Assembly: GCF_000019605.1 (NCBI RefSeq)
Contig: NC_010482.1
Coordinates: forward strand, 330,001 to 362,000
DNA from: Candidatus Korarchaeum cryptofilum OPF8
GTDB lineage: Archaea; Korarchaeota; Korarchaeia; Korarchaeales; Korarchaeaceae
DNA length: 32,000 bases
Direction: 5' to 3'
Shown piece by piece: positions 26,309 to 32,000 of the stretch. The notes beneath the pieces were generated by a model. The model did not search any database and was not told where the DNA came from. It saw only the letters and a program-made list of their open reading frames with translations. The number at the start of each line of letters is the position of its first letter. Within the stretch, counting starts at the first letter, position 1. The position numbers and the translations under genes were made by a program.

Positions 26309-26452
26309 ATGCCTGCTACTGAGCCGATTAGGATTGGGAAGGATACTAAGGAGGAGTTGAAGAGGCTGAAGATTCACCCTAGGGAAACCTATGATGATGT
26401 GATCAAGAGACTCATTGAGGAGTACAAGAGGGGTAGGCATGCGAAGGACTAA
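26309..26452 (+). CDS. 47-aa ribbon-helix-helix-like small protein (resembles the archaeal VapB-like putative antitoxin family, former DUF217 type)
   Basis: Hand-translated, below the ORF-track size cutoff: MPATEPIRIGKDTKEELKRLKIHPRETYDDVIKRLIEEYKRGRHAKD. It shows a beta-strand/helix/turn/helix pattern. The 3' end overlaps tnpB ATG 26439 by 14 nt. Confidence 0.55.
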   Translation: MPATEPIRIGKDTKEELKRLKIHPRETYDDVIKRLIEEYKRGRHAKD

Positions 26453-27599
26453 TGTAGTCAAGCTGGTGGTGGACAAGGAAACACATGAGAAGCTGAGGAA
26501 GCTGGGCATCGTTACAGTGAAGTGTTGGAACGAAGTGAACTGGCTGAGGATGCAACAGTTCAAGAAGGGGGAGAGGGTCGATTTCTTAAAGACCGGAAAG
26601 GAGGTATACGAGAAGTACAAACGCGTGCTGAAGGTCAACGCACAGCAGGTTGCCAGGAAGAACGCTGAAGCATGGAGGAGCTTCTTCTCCTTAATCGGGG
26701 AAAAGAGGGAGGGGAAGCTACCAAAGTGGTTCAAGCCGAGACCTCCGAGCTACTGGAGGGATAGGAGTGGAAAATATAGGCTGATAATCATCATTAGGAA
26801 CGATCGCTACGAAGTGGATGAGGATGGTAGGACTATCTATTTGAAAGGACTTCAAGCTAGCCTTGGGTTTTAAAGGGAAACTCAAGTGGTGCGGGAAGCA
26901 GGGTAGGCTGGAGATAGTTTATAATGAGGCTAGGAGAAGTTGGTATGCCCACATCCCGGTGGAGGTTGAAGATGAGGCGAAAGTTGAGGGTAGCTTGAGG
27001 GCTTCCGTAGACTTGGGGATCGTTAATTTAGCCACTGTCTATGTTGAGGATGGCACGTGGTACATCTTCAAGGGCGGTGGCGTCCTCTCTCAATACGAGT
27101 GCTACAGTAAGAAGATGAGCGGGATCCAGAAGGTCTTGGCTAGGCATGGGCAGAGAACGAGTAGGAGGCTTAAGCTACTCTATGATAAGAGGAGGAGGTT
27201 CCTGAAGCATGCCTTGAACAGCATGATTAGGAAAATAATGGGAGAGTTGAAGGAGAAGGGAGTGAGCGAGGTCGTAGTGGGTTACCCAAAGGACATCGCT
27301 AAGAATCATGGAAATAAACTCACAGTGAACTTTTGGAATTATGGTTATGTAATCAAGCGTTTTAAGGAGATTGGTGAGGAGTTGGGAATTAGGGTAATTG
27401 ATGTTGCAGAACCAAATACATCAAAAAGTTGCTCCCTGTGCGGGGAAGCCCATGAAAACGGGCGTGTCAAACGCGGTCTCTATAAGTGTCCCCGCATGGG
27501 GAAGATCATAAATGCAGACCTAAACGGGGCAATAAACATCCTACATATCCCTGAGTCCCAAGGAGCCAAGAGCGAGGGGCAACTCTTGGCGAGGGATAG

Positions 27600-27790
27600 G
27601 GGTAACGGGCTGAAGACCCAGCCCGTGGTCTACCACTGGACGAGCGGAGCGGGGTGGGTGCGAACCGCACCTACCAGCTGTGAAGTGATGAAGATGAAGG
27701 CGGTAAACCACGAACCCGTGAGCCGTCCTGAAGGAACCCTTCGCCCTTCAGGGCGGGGAGGAGGTCAGTTAGGATGCGATCGATTCCGAG
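27600..27790 (+). ncRNA. Putative omega-RNA (reRNA) scaffold overlapping the tnpB 3' end and the right-end hairpin
   Basis: Position is as in characterised TnpB elements. Strong stems: acgggct/agcccgt (27605-27626), ggtgggtgcg/cgcacctacc (27653-27675) and the RE hairpin (27741-27758). The ends are not determinable from one copy. Confidence 0.4.
27741..27758 (+). repeat. Right-end subterminal hairpin (tcgcccttcagggcgggg)
   Basis: 18/18 identical to the left-end copy and in the same orientation, as expected for single-strand IS200/IS605 transposons. Confidence 0.75.
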
Positions 27791-28078
27791 GAGATCGAAA
27801 TGAATACGCCTGCAGCTGCTAAGAAAATCTTATAAATCTCCGAAGTCAGTGGAATCTAAATGTAACAACTTTTGGGATCTCCTCCCCATCTATTCCACGA
27901 CTGCTGGCTATGACTTTATTGCAAAACCCAACCCTGGCTCCTTACGAATGCCCACAGCATCTTCTCTCGAGCCATTCTCCGAGCGAACTAAGAGTTCCCC
28001 CGATGGTGATCTCAGCTAATCTCTGTTCTCTCGCTCCCACCCGCGAATTCATCATTAGAACTCATTTTTAGGTTGTAA

Positions 28079-28258
28079 TAAGGTCGAAATACGCTGTTTA
28101 TAACTGGATATTTTTCATCCAGCTTGTTACATTACCATAATACTTAAATTAATTTTAAATATCTTCATTAAGGTCGAAATACGCTGTTTATAACTGGATA
28201 TTTTTCATCCAGCTTGTTACATTACCATAATACTTAAATTAATTTTAAATATCTTCAT
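28079..28258. repeat. Perfect tandem direct duplication, 2 x 90 bp
   Basis: 28079-28168 is identical to 28169-28258. The flanks mismatch at 28078/28168 and 28169/28259. Each unit carries ctggat-N7-atccag. Confidence 0.95.
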
Positions 28259-28331
28259 CAAGATGTAATTTTTATATCCATGCATCAATAATAATGTAAA
28301 ATCTAATTAGAGATTCACCCGGAAGTTAGAG

Positions 28332-28352
28332 GCACAAATTTTTATTTTTACA
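28332..28352 (+). promoter_or_regulatory. TATA-like promoter of nfnAB
   Basis: gcacaaatttttatttttaca ends ~27 nt upstream of ATG 28379. Confidence 0.5.
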
Positions 28353-28378
28353 TTTTGATGGTAAGTCAGGGGATTCTC

Positions 28379-30666
<2,288 letters not shown>

Positions 30667-30673
30667 GGACTTA

Positions 30674-30687
30674 TCTTTTTATTTTTA
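30674..30687 (+). terminator. Oligo-T terminator after nfnB
   Basis: ctttttattttta: two T5 tracts within 25 nt of the stop. Confidence 0.45.
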
Positions 30688-30704
30688 GGAGCTCCAATTT
30701 TATT

Positions 30705-30959
30705 ATGAGTGGGGAACTCAAGCTCAGGGCTATCGTGAGCATAGCTCAATTAGTTCTGGGAATACTCCTCTTCATAAGCGGGCTTGTCCTTTACTTCACC
30801 CCATCTGGAAGGGCTCATGAGTTCATAATCTTCATGAGCAGAGGATCCTGGCGCTACTGGCATGATATCTTCGCATTCGCTTTCTCTGGATCATCCCTAA
30901 TTCACATATACTTCAACTTCAGATCCCTGAAAGTCCTGGCTAGGAGGTTGTTCTCATGA
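30705..30959 (+). CDS. Small membrane protein, DUF4405-like
   Basis: Start at MSGELKLRAIV. Two or three TM helices, with the His-containing WHDIFAFAFSGSSLIHIYFNFRSL resembling the DUF4405 signature. Confidence 0.55.
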   Translation: MSGELKLRAIVSIAQLVLGILLFISGLVLYFTPSGRAHEFIIFMSRGSWRYWHDIFAFAFSGSSLIHIYFNFRSLKVLARRLFS

Positions 30960-31273
30960 AGAAGCTAATCCTAGTGATCTTAATAGCTATGATCTTGGCC
31001 GCCATCCCCCTGATCTACAGACCGGAGGAGAGGGGCTACGTAGTGAGGGGGAAGTTGAAGGACGTTGGCTCTAGGATAATAGTCGTGGAGACTGAGGAAG
31101 GAGATGAGGCCTTCGAGCTGAGGGGGGATTATGAAGGTGGATATAAGTGGCATCAAGTACTGGAGAGGCTCAGGGGGATGATAGGAGAGGAGGTAGTTGT
31201 GAGAGTGGAGATAAGAGGGAGAGCAGCTGTAGCGGTGAGTATAGAGCTGCCCAGGCTGGGGATAAAGTATTAG
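30956..31273 (+). CDS. Small signal-anchored/exported protein, unknown function
   Basis: 105 aa with an N-terminal hydrophobic helix MKKLILVILIAMILAAIPL. ATGA overlap with the upstream gene. Confidence 0.55.
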   Translation: MKKLILVILIAMILAAIPLIYRPEERGYVVRGKLKDVGSRIIVVETEEGDEAFELRGDYEGGYKWHQVLERLRGMIGEEVVVRVEIRGRAAVAVSIELPRLGIKY

Positions 31274-31295
31274 TTTATCTCATCATATTATCGAG

Positions 31296-31769
31296 ATGCG
31301 GGGGAAGATAGGAAGGTTCCAGGTGATGGCTCTCCTGCAAGCAGCTAGATACTTCCTCCTGAAAGGAGATCTAGAGAGAGCGAAATCCTTCGGGCTGAAC
31401 AGAGCTATATTTTACGCTTGGGCGAAGAGATCGGGAGGGAAAGTTCGCATGCACAGGGCTGCGGGTGCATCGGCTCCCTCGATACCCAGGGCCACTAGAG
31501 GAATCGAGCAACTGGGCGATGAGAGAGCTTACGTGAACGATGAGGGTCTCTTCACAATAGGGGACGAGGTTCAGAGGCCTGAAGATTACGATGAGCAAGT
31601 GGCGAGGAGGATAGAGGAAGTAGTCCCGTACGATAGGGCATGGAAAGCTGCCCTGAATTACTTGAGATCCTTCCCCACGGACATTCTGCTCGATCAGAGG
31701 AAGTTCTATGAGCGCGTCTACCTCCCGGTGAGGGATAGGTTCGAGGAGCTCGTGAGCTCTTATAGTTGA
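31296..31769 (+). CDS. Hypothetical protein
   Basis: 157-aa ORF with ordinary codon usage. An alternative start is ATG 31326 (MALLQAARY). Confidence 0.5.
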   Translation: MRGKIGRFQVMALLQAARYFLLKGDLERAKSFGLNRAIFYAWAKRSGGKVRMHRAAGASAPSIPRATRGIEQLGDERAYVNDEGLFTIGDEVQRPEDYDEQVARRIEEVVPYDRAWKAALNYLRSFPTDILLDQRKFYERVYLPVRDRFEELVSSYS

Positions 31770-31811
31770 GAGGGCATCGCTAGGGGAAATTGAGGGGTGA
31801 GCTCCCTGTCG

Positions 31812-32000
31812 ATGGGGATAGATGAAGCTGGGAGGGGCCCAGTGATAGGGCCAATGGTTGTGGCAGCTGTTATCCTGAAGAGGAGGGAAGCTAAGAGGCT
31901 GAAGGAAATGGGAGTTACTGATTCGAAGCTCTTGAGTGCTGAGAGGAGGGAGGAGCTCTTCCCAATGATAATTGAGAGCGCTGAATCCTACTTAATAAAG
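31812..32000 (+). CDS. rnhB: Ribonuclease HII, N-terminal part (continues beyond the window end)
   Basis: Hand translation [20 protein letters not shown]...DSKLL carries the RNase HII active-site DEAGRGP motif. An in-frame GTG at 31797 is an alternative start. Confidence 0.85.
   Translation, partial: MGIDEAGRGPVIGPMVVAAVILKRREAKRLKEMGVTDSKLLSAERREELFPMIIESAESYLIK

Larger units (their letters stand above)
26230..27800 (+). mobile_element. IS200/IS605-family TnpB-only (IS1341-like, non-autonomous) element. Both boundaries are approximate, roughly +/-40 nt.
   Basis: Identical 18-nt hairpin-forming sequences in the same orientation near both ends. Internal promoter, a small ORF and tnpB. No tnpA. 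Confidence 0.7.
26439..27822 (+). pseudogene. tnpB: tnpB (IS605 OrfB-type RNA-guided nuclease) interrupted by a single-base frameshift at the A-run 26844-26846
   Basis: ORFs 26415..26873 and 26863..27822 join into one TnpB-like protein if one A is removed (...RTIYLK|DFKLALGFKGKLKW...). RuvC-I SVDLGIVNLA, Zn-ribbon CSLCG, RuvC-III INADLNGAINI. The N-terminus MRRTNVVKL is typical. Confidence 0.8.

Noticed and set aside
26186-26734. 182-aa minus-strand ORF
   Set aside because: It is antisense to the RHH-like ORF and the tnpB N-terminus, spans the IS left end, and has a Ser/Phe/Leu/Thr-rich composition with no motif. It is a shadow ORF.
26841-26850. Programmed ribosomal frameshift in tnpB
   Set aside because: Joining the two frames requires a +1 shift. 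There is no slippery heptamer or downstream stimulatory structure, so a mutation or sequencing error in the A3 run is the simpler explanation.
27685-27731. gtgatga ... ctga pair (C/D-box-like) inside the tnpB 3' region
   Set aside because: There are no internal D'/C' boxes and no terminal pairing. The region is better explained as part of the tnpB coding/omega-RNA region.
27846-27856. cagtggaa, resembling the core of archaeal origin-recognition boxes (also ccagtgg at 26102)
   Set aside because: These are single short matches with no inverted ORB pair flanking an unwinding element and no orc1/cdc6 gene nearby. Chance is the best explanation.
28096-28104. GTTn3AAC (Thermococcales SurR-type site) in each 90-bp repeat unit upstream of nfnAB
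   Set aside because: Only six specified bases are involved, so several chance occurrences are expected in 32 kb. The extended GTTn3AACn5GTT form is absent, and there is no evidence this organism has SurR. I kept it only as a remark.

Overview
Gene-dense archaeal-type chromosome segment, about 50% GC with AGG/ATA-rich codon usage. It shows BRE/TATA promoters of the form (c/a)gaaaagtttat, leaderless or short-leader starts, oligo-T terminators and many ATGA-type gene overlaps. I cannot name the organism from sequence alone. The gene set looks like a peptide-fermenting hyperthermophile.

Main content, left to right:
- A seven-gene minus-strand operon encodes a four-subunit group-3b (sulfhydrogenase-type) [NiFe] hydrogenase (beta-gamma-delta-alpha). 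It continues into the maturation endopeptidase, a DUF89 protein and a PLP aminotransferase.
- Two paralogous APC-family permeases.
- A PfpI/DJ-1 protein.
- A stomatin-NfeD pair.
- A class-III aminotransferase.
- Two small uncharacterised two-gene modules.
- An ECF-type transporter (candidate S component, fused A1A2 ATPase, T component) coupled to a second copy of the aminotransferase.
- NUDIX, flavin reductase, an RHH-fusion protein and a DapA-family aldolase/synthase.
- NfnAB/SudBA-type NADPH oxidoreductase.
- Three small genes and the start of RNase HII.

The only clearly accessory region is 26.1-28.4 kb. It holds a TnpB-only IS200/IS605-type element with identical hairpins at both ends. The element carries an internal 47-aa RHH-like ORF overlapping the tnpB start, a one-base frameshift in tnpB, an atypical RuvC-II/zinc-finger region, and strong stem-loops where an omega-RNA would lie. 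About 250 nt of orphan sequence follow, then a perfect 2 x 90-bp tandem duplication upstream of nfnAB.

A second notable signal is a 67-nt perfectly identical tract shared by the two otherwise diverged, inverted aminotransferase paralogs 21 kb apart.

All functional calls rest on motifs read from the supplied translations. No database search was possible.
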